Virus record (IMG/VR): IMGVR_UViG_3300009702_000016
Location: 64,001-128,000 of that record
DNA: 64,000 nt
Origin: a virus
Reading direction: 5' to 3' (one strand)
In this document: piece after piece, positions 55,514-64,000 of the stretch
How positions within the stretch are numbered: the first letter of the stretch is position 1
Layout: every line of letters begins with the position of its first letter
The notes under the pieces: model-generated
What the model saw: the letters and a program-made list of their open reading frames with translations, nothing else
What the model was told of the DNA's origin: nothing
Databases searched by the model: none
Position numbers and translations under genes: made by a program

Positions 55514-56020
55514 ATGGGGGCCTTTCTCACGTACACGGACTCCGTGTCTTCGACAACTAAAATTCGTCCCTCTGTGAAGTCTGGCGGGTTCACTCGGCAG
55601 ATCTATCTGGCAGAAGCTCCCAGCACTCCTCCCTCCGCTTCTTCCGCTACAGGAGGAGAGATTATTGATCCCAACTCTTCTATTGTGTCCTCCATTCTCG
55701 TAAACCCAAGAGATCTGCTAGTTGGGGCACCACACCCTATGTCAGCTACCATGGTCCGGGTGGATGTTCGTCTTCGCTCCTCTTCCTCCTTTCCGGTGGG
55801 AACGCTCCACACTTTCCGGTTCCGTTTGGTTTATGCCGGTTCATCTGACGAATCTGTTCTTGATATTAGAAGGCTTGATTCCGGCGAGGTTGTTAGCTTC
55901 ATGGTTGACATCCCTCTGCCTGAGACGTCCTACAAATCACTGATAGTAGACACTGACTCCACTGCGGTTTCTGGTAACATTATTACCTTACGCGCCGTTG
56001 GCTTTTTCGAGGCCGTCTGA
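55514..56020 (+). CDS. Tail protein C-terminal module (in frame with the upstream gene after one TAA)
   Basis: GGG TAA GCA CTC TAC ATG; no clear Shine-Dalgarno at normal spacing. Confidence 0.55.
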   Translation: MGAFLTYTDSVSSTTKIRPSVKSGGFTRQIYLAEAPSTPPSASSATGGEIIDPNSSIVSSILVNPRDLLVGAPHPMSATMVRVDVRLRSSSSFPVGTLHTFRFRLVYAGSSDESVLDIRRLDSGEVVSFMVDIPLPETSYKSLIVDTDSTAVSGNIITLRAVGFFEAV

Positions 56021-56937
56021 TGACACAGACCAGAATTTGGAACTACGGTGACACCTTTACTTCGTTCAGGGGAAGCTCTGCTTTGGGTGAGCTTCATTCC
56101 CCGGGTGTCTTCTCTGGTTATGACTTGTCTGTCACTGACGTAGACAAAGTTGAGGTGAGCACGGGCTTTCTGCTACTCCCTAGTGGAATCTTGGTAGGGG
56201 AAGACGTTGCTCTAGAGTTCATCATAAACCCTCTTCCTGCGGCTGCGACGACCTACACACTGACAGTGCGCCACACTGATTCAGATGTGATTGGAGGCCA
56301 GGCAGCCGTTTATGCAATGGAAGTAGGTGAGCTTGCTCCCGCTGATATCTCTGACGGAATACCCATCGCTTACATCCATCACCCTGGCGGAGCGGTGGCC
56401 TTAGATGCCTCACAGATCGTCCCTGTTCGAAAGGTATTGGACTCCGCATCTGACGCTGTTTCTATTGATCCTACTTCCTTCCTGGCACCTTTCTCGTCAG
56501 CATGGGTTGTCGACACGCTTGGGACAGACACTTCCGTTACAAGTAGTTACGACGGTGCCGCCACTGTGTACTCCAGCGTCTCGACAGGAGGTGCTTCTCC
56601 TCTTGTCCCTCCCTTTTTTGAGACGTCCGTAATGGTAATCCCCATCGAAGCAAAGGCGTTTCGTCCGAGGTCTTTCTCCGTTCGTTCTCGCATTGCTACC
56701 ATCAACTCTAGCCTTGTGGTTTCTGCCATGGATACGGATGGAAATCCTGTTTCTTTGTCTTCCTCTACAATTAGTGGCCCTTCTGCTGTGTTTTCGGCCT
56801 CTACAGTTACTGTTGACTCCTCTTCGGGGGTATTTACTGAGGGAGATTTGTACACTCTTGTTCTAGAGTTTAGAACCCCTCAGTCTGAATCCATCGACAT
56901 TCAGTCTTTCACGGTCATCTATGACCCACTTCCTTAG
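56020..56937 (+). CDS. Tail structural protein
   Basis: PGVFSGYDLSV.....VEVSTG N-terminal domain resembles those of 27611, 52193 and 54473. Confidence 0.6.
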   Translation: MTQTRIWNYGDTFTSFRGSSALGELHSPGVFSGYDLSVTDVDKVEVSTGFLLLPSGILVGEDVALEFIINPLPAAATTYTLTVRHTDSDVIGGQAAVYAMEVGELAPADISDGIPIAYIHHPGGAVALDASQIVPVRKVLDSASDAVSIDPTSFLAPFSSAWVVDTLGTDTSVTSSYDGAATVYSSVSTGGASPLVPPFFETSVMVIPIEAKAFRPRSFSVRSRIATINSSLVVSAMDTDGNPVSLSSSTISGPSAVFSASTVTVDSSSGVFTEGDLYTLVLEFRTPQSESIDIQSFTVIYDPLP

Positions 56938-56946
56938 AGATTTTCC

Positions 56947-57432
56947 ATGATCAGTATTCTTAAGTTTTTCGAAAACAGCAACTACAAAGGAGGCAGCGGT
57001 AGTGAGAACGAAAACAAGGTAATCAGCCGTACTCTGCTAAAGATTGCTGTTGTATCTCGTCATCACAGCCAGAAGCACCCAGAGAAGACGCCGAAGCACG
57101 GAGAGCTTTGGAAGTGTCGTATTGTTAAGGAGATTTCGTCCGGGCAAAACCGTGGATGCTTCATTGTAGAGCCCATTGAAAAGATTGACGACCAATCCAT
57201 CGTTCATCTGATCCCTGGATGGTATGATACCAAGGTTGTCAACGGTAGGATGGTTATTGTTCCTAGGAAGCAAGGTGTAAACTGGATTCTTCCTCTGACT
57301 CACAAAAGAATGTTATCTGAAGAGCATAAGGCCTATTGTGTTCTTGTTTTGTTGGATGAGTTGCCTATGGCAGATGTTCCTTCCAACATCCCAATGCCAA
57401 AGACCGAAGCAGACGCTAACGAAGACGTGTAG
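56947..57432 (+). CDS. Hypothetical basic beta-rich protein
   Basis: 161 aa; PKHGELWKCRIV. Confidence 0.7.
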   Translation: MISILKFFENSNYKGGSGSENENKVISRTLLKIAVVSRHHSQKHPEKTPKHGELWKCRIVKEISSGQNRGCFIVEPIEKIDDQSIVHLIPGWYDTKVVNGRMVIVPRKQGVNWILPLTHKRMLSEEHKAYCVLVLLDELPMADVPSNIPMPKTEADANEDV

Positions 57433-57440
57433 AAGGAGAT

Positions 57441-57860
57441 ATGATGGAAAAGACTGCCAGTGACAAACAAATTTCAGAGGAGGCAATGGCTAAGCTTCGG
57501 CTTAAGCTTGAGGAGTTCACTCCTTCTCTGCTGTCGTTGTTCAAGAGCCCTGAGATTGTATCCAGGCTTGAGGACTATGTGAAGCTGTTGGTTGCTGCCA
57601 TCAAGGAACCTAATCTTATGCACGCACGAATGGCACTTGGTCAGATGCTGTCAACAGCGGACAAGAACAAGGAAGCTGCAAAGGACCCTGCTAAGATATC
57701 AGAACAGATCAGGCTTCTTGTAAACCCAATGTTCGAGGCTGTAGTTAGCGCTGTTGGACGGAAGATGGTAGCGTCGGCTTCCCTACGTAGGCGCCTTGCT
57801 CGTGTCAGGTCTTCAGTTAGAAAACTAGCAGGCCTTAGAGATCTTGTTGGGGCTTTGTAG
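57441..57860 (+). CDS. Hypothetical helical protein, possible head protein
   Basis: AAGGAG RBS; MEKTAS...RKMVASASLRRRLARV. Confidence 0.68.
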   Translation: MMEKTASDKQISEEAMAKLRLKLEEFTPSLLSLFKSPEIVSRLEDYVKLLVAAIKEPNLMHARMALGQMLSTADKNKEAAKDPAKISEQIRLLVNPMFEAVVSAVGRKMVASASLRRRLARVRSSVRKLAGLRDLVGAL

Positions 57861-58135
57861 TGTACAAGTACGGAATCATTAAGTATGAGAATGCTTCCCC
57901 TGGGTCTCCCGTTCGATACGTAGAAGGGTCCATCGGAAAGCCTGGTGTGATCCTTGAGGCTCGGGGACCTCACGAAGTGAACGCTGTCCTTGTCCGTGTT
58001 AAGGGAACGATGGGCTACGTGGAGTACAAGCCCCCTTCTCCACTTTCTCCTTCCTCCTCCCAGACTAGTGGAAGTGCTTCTTCCATCCACATTCGATCTG
58101 ACATTTCTGCGAAGGCGGGCCTTACTATTTTATGA
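57860..58135 (+). CDS. Small hypothetical protein
   Basis: 91 aa with overlaps at both ends. Confidence 0.55.
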   Translation: MYKYGIIKYENASPGSPVRYVEGSIGKPGVILEARGPHEVNAVLVRVKGTMGYVEYKPPSPLSPSSSQTSGSASSIHIRSDISAKAGLTIL

Positions 58136-58758
58136 ATCATGAGGATATGACGGAGCTTGCGGAGTCTCTCAACAGGAAGCTTAAGCTCGTTGGGTTGGAG
58201 CACACTTACGCTCGTGTCAAGCCTTTGTCCTCTGGGGAGTATGAGGTGAGGGTTGTCGTACACCCCGACGAAGAGAGTTACCTTCCTGACCTTCCTTCTT
58301 CTGTGGTTACCTCACCCTGGGTAGAAACTTCTAACAGTAACTCTCCTTATCTTAAGATTACACCGAGAACCCCACTACCAAAAACAGATGATTTTGGTTT
58401 CTACCCAAGCTGGAGCCGTCGTAACACAGACGGTCCTGCGCTTTCCCCTGACGTGAACCCTGCAGCCTCTGGCCTTCGTAGAATTCCTGAACTTCAGGAC
58501 CTAGTTAGAGTATCCTCTATGAATAACGACCTAAAATCTCGTATATCTCATGTCATCAACTCGCTAACTGCCGCATCCAGGCTGCAAAAGGTGGCTTTGG
58601 CAGGAAGCGGGTACGCGAAGGAGTCGGAGCATCTGATATCCGAGCTTCTGGAGCAGTTTGTGTCCGATGGGTATACCGGGAGGCACAAAATCGTCAGGTT
58701 GGTCAAGGCTCTAAAGAAGGCTATGCAGAGTGATGGCTATTCCTTCATGGGAGATTGA
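58132..58758 (+). CDS. Hypothetical protein, possible head protein
   Basis: 208 aa; RLQKVALAGSGYAKESEHL. Confidence 0.65.
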   Translation: MNHEDMTELAESLNRKLKLVGLEHTYARVKPLSSGEYEVRVVVHPDEESYLPDLPSSVVTSPWVETSNSNSPYLKITPRTPLPKTDDFGFYPSWSRRNTDGPALSPDVNPAASGLRRIPELQDLVRVSSMNNDLKSRISHVINSLTAASRLQKVALAGSGYAKESEHLISELLEQFVSDGYTGRHKIVRLVKALKKAMQSDGYSFMGD

Positions 58759-58761
58759 TAA

Positions 58762-59112
58762 ATGTTGGAGAATCGTCCACAGACTTCTATACCGGGTCTC
58801 ATCATCGCATGGCGTATTGATAAGTATCTTGCAGAACTAAAGGAGAATGAGAAGGAGAAGACGGCTTTTGTTGGTGTCGATTTTAGTTCCATTTCTGAGA
58901 GCGACGTTACTGCGAAAGACATCTATAGAGCACAGTACGAGTGGGGACCTACCGCTTTGACTCGCCTGGTTACTGATCGGCGTGTTGCTTTGTGCACACT
59001 ACTTAGGAAACTTGTGAAATCTTTGACTCCTGAGCTGGAGTCCTATCGGATGTACGAATATTGGGGTGACGTTATTTCGTCACCTACGATTGTGTACATT
59101 GATTACCCTTGA
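58762..59112 (+). CDS. Hypothetical protein
   Basis: 116 aa with GGAG RBS. Confidence 0.65.
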   Translation: MLENRPQTSIPGLIIAWRIDKYLAELKENEKEKTAFVGVDFSSISESDVTAKDIYRAQYEWGPTALTRLVTDRRVALCTLLRKLVKSLTPELESYRMYEYWGDVISSPTIVYIDYP

Positions 59113-59127
59113 GCGTAGGGACTTGGG

Positions 59128-62100
59128 ATGTCTAATCCAATACTAAACTACTTTGACGCGAGTCGCCTGTACTTTACTTCCTACGGAAATGCTGTCTACC
59201 TTCCAAAGGTTGACAAGAAGCTTAAGTACAACCCAGAGGACAACAACTACCATGTGACAATCCCTGCACATAGGCTCGATGAAGAAGGGAATGTGTATGA
59301 CACGGAAAGACTGAATGACAAAGATGGAAATCCACTTGGTGACGTAATTCCGGCTTCTACTAAGACTTTTCCGGCTGTAAATCGGATAGGCTATGAGAAC
59401 TCTGGGATTGTAAGGTATTTCGACGCTAAGAGTAAGCTCCGAGTTACATCACTTCCAGGTCTTACTCCTGTGACTAAGAGTCCTCCTCTTTTGGCTGTAA
59501 CCTTGGGGTCTAAGATCCCGGTAGAATCAGTAATCTATGATCAGAATGGTAGGGTAACGGACGAAGAGTGGGACCCTTCTGAGTTGTCTGAGGAGTACTA
59601 TGTAGACCCCGAGGACACCACGAAGGCGAGCAGGTCTCGTCGTCGAGAGATTGCCAAGATATGTGTAACTAACACTGACGATAAAGGAATACCCCTATTC
59701 CTGTACCACACGAACACTGCTTTTCGTAAGTACGTGAATGGGGAGATTGCTCGTTTGTTTAAGCTACTGTCTTCTAGCTCTCTCCCTGTGCTATCGCCCT
59801 CAGACGGTCCCCGTAGACCCTCACAGCTGGGATCCTATCTGGGAAGTCTGCTCGTGGCGGCCTTTCACTCTAAGGACCACCCAGAGTTCCTAGAAGCACG
59901 AAGAGACGCAGTCAGGAAGGGAAGGGTGGACGCTAGCACTGCCCCCTCCGTACCTCATCTTGATGAGGATACTCGTTTTCTGTCCCATCAGGTGTACGCT
60001 GCAGCGTTTCTGAAGGACAAGAAGGTCGCTCTTATGGATGCAGACCCGGGTGCTGGAAAGACCCTGATGATGCTTGCGGACATGCTTCACAAGATGACTA
60101 CGGGAGAGGTTAGGCGCCCTTGTATCGTGATGCCAAACCCCCTCCTTGGGCCGCAGAAGAGGGAGTTGGAGTCGTGGACGAACAACACTGTTAACTTCAT
60201 CGTCCTAAACACTGCCACAGTTTCCAGAATGGACCCCAACGCTAAAGAGGGTACTCGGGGAACTAATAAGACCGTACGTAAGAAAGGTAACCATGAAGCG
60301 GGTCTTGTTGAGGCAATTAAGCTAGTAAACTCAGCCCCTCGCAACACTATAATCCTGACCAGCTATGCCTGGCTTCGAGGCTACCCAAAGGGTATTGATG
60401 TTCCCCCTTTCCCCAGGCCGAACATACTAATCGATGATATGGGAGTTGACATGCTCTCCCTGGATGAGTCTCACTTCGTTCGTTACAACTCTAAGGGCGA
60501 AATTTCAATGAGGGCACAGGCCGTCATGCAGATGGCTCCAATGGTGGAGTATAAACGTTGTTACTCTGGAAGCATCGCGCCCAATACACCGGAGGACGTA
60601 TTCCTTCAGTCAGCCTTCTTGGACCCTTCTATTTTCGGATCTATTGATAACTTCAGAGGACGGTACGGAAGCTTCTTCAACGACAGGTCTCATAAGGTCG
60701 AAGTCTGGAAGACTGGGGCCATAAAGATGATCAGAGAGGAGCTTGGTAAGACAGTAGGCCTGTCTATCCGTCGTTCTGCCTGGTTGGATGAGCTTCCTGA
60801 GCTTGTCACTCACCATCATTTTGTTGCGCTTGATAACTTCCAGGAGCGAGTGTACGAGCACATATTGGACTGGTCTGACTCCGACTCCATCCTGTCGAAG
60901 TTGAAGGCTGACCCAAGAACAGTTGCTCAGGGATTGGTTGCTACACTTAGGCGTTTTGTGGATGACCATCCTGAGTTTTCTGACTCTGAAGTCATGCGCG
61001 TGATACGGGAAAACAACATTCCCGATACGTTTACCGTGTACGACAAGATGGGAGATGTTCGTTACAATGCAGAGCATCTACAGATGGTGGAACTCATTCG
61101 TGGCGCCTCAGATTTCGACCAGCTTATCGACCTTGCCTATGCCTATCAGGCTGAGCAAGAAACTGCCTATGATAACAAGATTAATGACGGCACACTTGAG
61201 CCCGTAGACTCTCCTGCCATTTTGGCTAAATACCAGGCGTTTGAGATCTTCCTAGGCGCCCCCTCTGAGGATCCCATGGGGTCTCAGATGCTAACTGGAA
61301 CGAGCCGGATCAGTCCCAAAGTTTCAGCAATTGATGCCATACTTGACTCACACTTTTCTGACCCGGACTCTGGAAAGGTCCTGATATTTTCCAACACCAA
61401 GGTTGTAGCCCACCATATTCATAACCATATAAAGAGGTCCTCAGAGGCTCTCTATTATGAGGCGGCGGAGCAGCAGGCGTTAGATAGGTTCAAGGCGGAC
61501 CCCAAGATTAAGATTATGGTTGCTGTGGTAAACTCCCTTACAGAGGGACATAACCTGCAGATGGCAAACCGGATTATTCATGCGGATTTGCCTTGGATGC
61601 CTGGTTCTTACGACCAGTCTGTGGCTCGTGCTTATCGTCTTCCTCCTAGAGGCGGCGGAGTCAGTTACCCCGTTGTCCATGTTGACATATTGTTAACGAA
61701 TAGGACGTTTGAGGTTACCAAACACGCCAGGCTCGTAAGCAAGATGATGATGACAAAGATGCTCACATCTAGCTTTGACTCTACGACTAACTTGCCTCTT
61801 GTGTCTATGCATCCAAGGGAGATTGCCCGCTTAAACGAAGAGTCGAAGACTATTGAGTATCGCAGGGTGTTCGACGACATTAGGGACATCGACCGTCAAG
61901 AGGCGAAAATAGCTGCTCTCAAGTTCAAGACAGAGCCGAAGTCTCTGACCACAGGAAAGTTACTTCCAGGAAGCGAGCACATTGTAGTTCCGTACACTGA
62001 CGCTGATATCAGGCGCTCTCCTCGTATGGAAGGACCTACAACTGCACGTATGGGAGTCTTGGATCCTGAAATTATGTTTCTGAACTTCGGGTGGTGGTTG

Positions 62101-63435
62101 GCTCTCGATTACGGGACACCTGTGTCCGTGCTAACGAAGGGAATCAACGGCTCCCTTCTTATCAATCGCTACTTTCCGAAAACAATGGCTCGTGAATTCT
62201 CAAACGTAAAGGAATACAACGACATTGTGTCCGAGCTGGACTCTGGGACCCCACCTGTCAACATTTCTAACCTTCAGCTTCTAAATGCTCAGGTCAACGG
62301 TAAGGCACCGCTTCATGTTAACTTTCCCACTGCAATGATAAAGTATGCAGGGGTGGTTAAAACAGGAGCTGTGAGACTACAACCGGTCGACCGAACGACG
62401 ACTTCCCAGATCCTACGAAACGGAATTCCAGATGATGCCAGCTTGCAACAGATGCATGCTATGTTGTCTGAGGTTTCGGAAGGCGAGGAGGTGTCTCCCC
62501 TTCAGGCTGTATTTGCTGTATCTTACTTGAACGTGACCAAGCAGAAGATCCCAAAGAAGGCAGAGGATCGCCACGAGTTTTTGTCCTTACTGTACACACA
62601 GTCTAAAACACTCCCAATTCGTACACGTAAGGCATTACTTTCCCTTGTGCCTCCTTCCTTCTCTTTCTCAGCTACCCCTGCTCCTCCGCCTCCTTCGGTT
62701 GACGTCGCTGTTCCTGCGGGCGCTCCTGCTTCTCCCTCTGTTCCACCTTCGTCTTCCTCTGTTGACGGATTGACGATGGAGCCAAGCAGTAAGGCAGTCA
62801 CTAAGGATGGAAACTTGTTCGTTGATCTTGAGGTGATGTCCCTAGGGTCTGGTCCTCCCTCTTCCCCTGCTGGACGTTCTAACTACCTGGCGTTCTCTGG
62901 TAAAAGCGCTGACGCCTTCTCTTCCTTGACGTCCTTTGGGTTTTCTGAGATTCCTTCCTTGTCAGGTAAGGTATTGTTCTTTCTGGGGGAGGCTTCTGCT
63001 GCGGTCAAGAAGAGCTTGGATGACTTTTCTAGAAGAATCTATCCCAATGGCTATTCCTTGAAGGATTTGGACTCCTATATTGAGACCCTTAAGGCGTATG
63101 GAATGTCAGAGAACGAAGTTTCTTCTATCTTTGGCTCAGAGACAAGTAGCCGTGTTGTAGATCTGGACGTGGACGAGGACAACGAAGACGTTTACGATGA
63201 CAATGGGCTAGGAGAGATAGCGAGGGAGCTAGAGGAGGAAGATCAGGAAAATGAGCTTAGGCTTCCTGAGAGCCCGAATATTCCTGCTATGTCTATTTCC
63301 GAGAAGCCTCCGGGGGAGGATGCTCTGTCCGAGAAGAACAGACTGCCTTCTTTCTCCGACGAGGAGTTAGGAGAGATGATACCGAAGATGAGTAGCTATG
63401 AGGAACTCACGCGAGAGATTTTCAGCAACGACTGA
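59128..63435 (+). CDS. SNF2/SWI2-family SF2 helicase/translocase with long N- and C-terminal extensions
   Basis: LSHQ, DADPGAGKT (I), CIVMP (Ia), LDESH (II), YSGS.APN (III), KVLIFS (IV), EGHNLQMANRIIHADLPWMP (V), QSVARAYR (VI). Confidence 0.9.
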   Translation: MSNPILNYFDASRLYFTSYGNAVYLPKVDKKLKYNPEDNNYHVTIPAHRLDEEGNVYDTERLNDKDGNPLGDVIPASTKTFPAVNRIGYENSGIVRYFDAKSKLRVTSLPGLTPVTKSPPLLAVTLGSKIPVESVIYDQNGRVTDEEWDPSELSEEYYVDPEDTTKASRSRRREIAKICVTNTDDKGIPLFLYHTNTAFRKYVNGEIARLFKLLSSSSLPVLSPSDGPRRPSQLGSYLGSLLVAAFHSKDHPEFLEARRDAVRKGRVDASTAPSVPHLDEDTRFLSHQVYAAAFLKDKKVALMDADPGAGKTLMMLADMLHKMTTGEVRRPCIVMPNPLLGPQKRELESWTNNTVNFIVLNTATVSRMDPNAKEGTRGTNKTVRKKGNHEAGLVEAIKLVNSAPRNTIILTSYAWLRGYPKGIDVPPFPRPNILIDDMGVDMLSLDESHFVRYNSKGEISMRAQAVMQMAPMVEYKRCYSGSIAPNTPEDVFLQSAFLDPSIFGSIDNFRGRYGSFFNDRSHKVEVWKTGAIKMIREELGKTVGLSIRRSAWLDELPELVTHHHFVALDNFQERVYEHILDWSDSDSILSKLKADPRTVAQGLVATLRRFVDDHPEFSDSEVMRVIRENNIPDTFTVYDKMGDVRYNAEHLQMVELIRGASDFDQLIDLAYAYQAEQETAYDNKINDGTLEPVDSPAILAKYQAFEIFLGAPSEDPMGSQMLTGTSRISPKVSAIDAILDSHFSDPDSGKVLIFSNTKVVAHHIHNHIKRSSEALYYEAAEQQALDRFKADPKIKIMVAVVNSLTEGHNLQMANRIIHADLPWMPGSYDQSVARAYRLPPRGGGVSYPVVHVDILLTNRTFEVTKHARLVSKMMMTKMLTSSFDSTTNLPLVSMHPREIARLNEESKTIEYRRVFDDIRDIDRQEAKIAALKFKTEPKSLTTGKLLPGSEHIVVPYTDADIRRSPRMEGPTTARMGVLDPEIMFLNFGWWLALDYGTPVSVLTKGINGSLLINRYFPKTMAREFSNVKEYNDIVSELDSGTPPVNISNLQLLNAQVNGKAPLHVNFPTAMIKYAGVVKTGAVRLQPVDRTTTSQILRNGIPDDASLQQMHAMLSEVSEGEEVSPLQAVFAVSYLNVTKQKIPKKAEDRHEFLSLLYTQSKTLPIRTRKALLSLVPPSFSFSATPAPPPPSVDVAVPAGAPASPSVPPSSSSVDGLTMEPSSKAVTKDGNLFVDLEVMSLGSGPPSSPAGRSNYLAFSGKSADAFSSLTSFGFSEIPSLSGKVLFFLGEASAAVKKSLDDFSRRIYPNGYSLKDLDSYIETLKAYGMSENEVSSIFGSETSSRVVDLDVDEDNEDVYDDNGLGEIARELEEEDQENELRLPESPNIPAMSISEKPPGEDALSEKNRLPSFSDEELGEMIPKMSSYEELTREIFSND

Positions 63436-63458
63436 CTACAGCCGTGTAAATAGTTCTT

Positions 63459-63830
63459 ATGGGATGTAATTGTAGGCACGGAGCTAGTTCTGTTCCCCGT
63501 AGGCGACGTTCTGCTAAAGCTCAGACTCCACGTCGATCCTTCGCCACTTTGTGCCCAGAGATAGAGAGGAACGGTAATGACATCTCTCTTCGTCTAGGTT
63601 CTAGGTACCACACTCTGTACTTCATAACGCCAGTTGCCTCAACCCTTTCCGTTGGCTCCTTTTTGTCCTCTAACGGCTGCACGGGTCCTTTTGCCTCTGC
63701 GCTTGAGGCCGCTGAGTTGAAGCTGGCGTACGTGTCTCTGTCTCCTTCAGGTCTCGCGAAGCTAAAGGAGCTTATTCCCTCTGGTGTCGTGTCTCTGGGG
63801 TACTTGAGAGATGTCCTACGGGCTCTGTAA
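63459..63830 (+). CDS. Hypothetical protein (MGCNC N-terminus)
   Basis: 123-aa ORF filling the gap. Confidence 0.55.
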   Translation: MGCNCRHGASSVPRRRRSAKAQTPRRSFATLCPEIERNGNDISLRLGSRYHTLYFITPVASTLSVGSFLSSNGCTGPFASALEAAELKLAYVSLSPSGLAKLKELIPSGVVSLGYLRDVLRAL

Positions 63831-63839
63831 ACAAGGAGC

Positions 63840-64000
63840 ATGAGGTCCCTACTCCGACATGACCAGGACTACTGTTATGGTTGTCCTCTGTCCAAGGATC
63901 AGCGTCATTTCACTACTTACCTGCCTACTGACGTCTATTACTCAGACACTCAGAGTGACGGCGAGACTCCTGTCGTGGACGTGCTGGTCGTTGGGGAAAC
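63840..64000 (+). CDS. N-terminus of a family-4 uracil-DNA glycosylase-like domain (partial)
   Basis: Not in the ORF track. AAGGAG then ATG 63840; translates MRSLLRHDQDYCYGCPL...DVLVVGE, i.e. CxxCxL plus the start of a GE(A/T)P motif. Confidence 0.6.
   Translation, partial: MRSLLRHDQDYCYGCPLSKDQRHFTTYLPTDVYYSDTQSDGETPVVDVLVVGE

Larger units (their letters stand above)
1..64000 (+). mobile_element. Segment of a large/jumbo myovirus-like bacteriophage genome
   Basis: Co-oriented, overlapping genes including baseplate J, gp25-like wedge, hub with M23, fibres, primase, gp32-like SSB, RecA, SbcD and a sigma factor. No cellular housekeeping operons. Confidence 0.93.

Noticed and set aside
27611-56937. 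Diversity-generating retroelement or invertible fibre cassette
   Set aside because: No reverse transcriptase, recombinase, adenine-variant repeat pair or inverted gene segment was seen.
1-64000. Genome-wide stop-codon reassignment
   Set aside because: Conserved genes are full length under code 11, coding density is high, and all three stops end genes. I noticed only one suspicious in-frame stop (55502).

Overview
This 64 kb window is a densely coding segment of a large (probably jumbo) tailed phage with a contractile-tail-type baseplate. Essentially every credible gene lies on the + strand, many joined by ATGA/GTGA/TGATG overlaps. Three blocks are visible. (i) 1.5-12.7 kb, replication/recombination/transcription: DnaG-type primase, Cas4-like PD-(D/E)XK nuclease, SWIM Zn-finger protein, sigma70-family factor with a truncated region 4, gp32-like SSB, RecA/UvsX, SbcD/Mre11 nuclease, and degenerate thioredoxin and nucleoside deoxyribosyltransferase folds. 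(ii) 12.7-57 kb, virion block: a 1705-aa baseplate hub with an M23 peptidase and a possible GH25-like barrel, spike, gp25-like and baseplate-J wedges, a Dps/ferritin-like gene coupled into the baseplate operon, several paralogous tail/fibre families, two Gly-rich fibres, and scattered membrane or lysis candidates. (iii) 57-64 kb: small charged proteins, a 1435-aa SNF2-family helicase, and the start of a family-4 UDG-like gene at the edge. I recognised no tRNA, rRNA, CRISPR array, integrase or IS. The most notable candidates are shared charge-block tails on SSB and RecA, a possible sigma/SWIM/SNF2 transcription system, a 7-nt-periodic leader before SSB, an in-frame TAA splitting a tail gene, and Dps inside the baseplate operon. 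All calls come from motifs read by eye; no searches were run.
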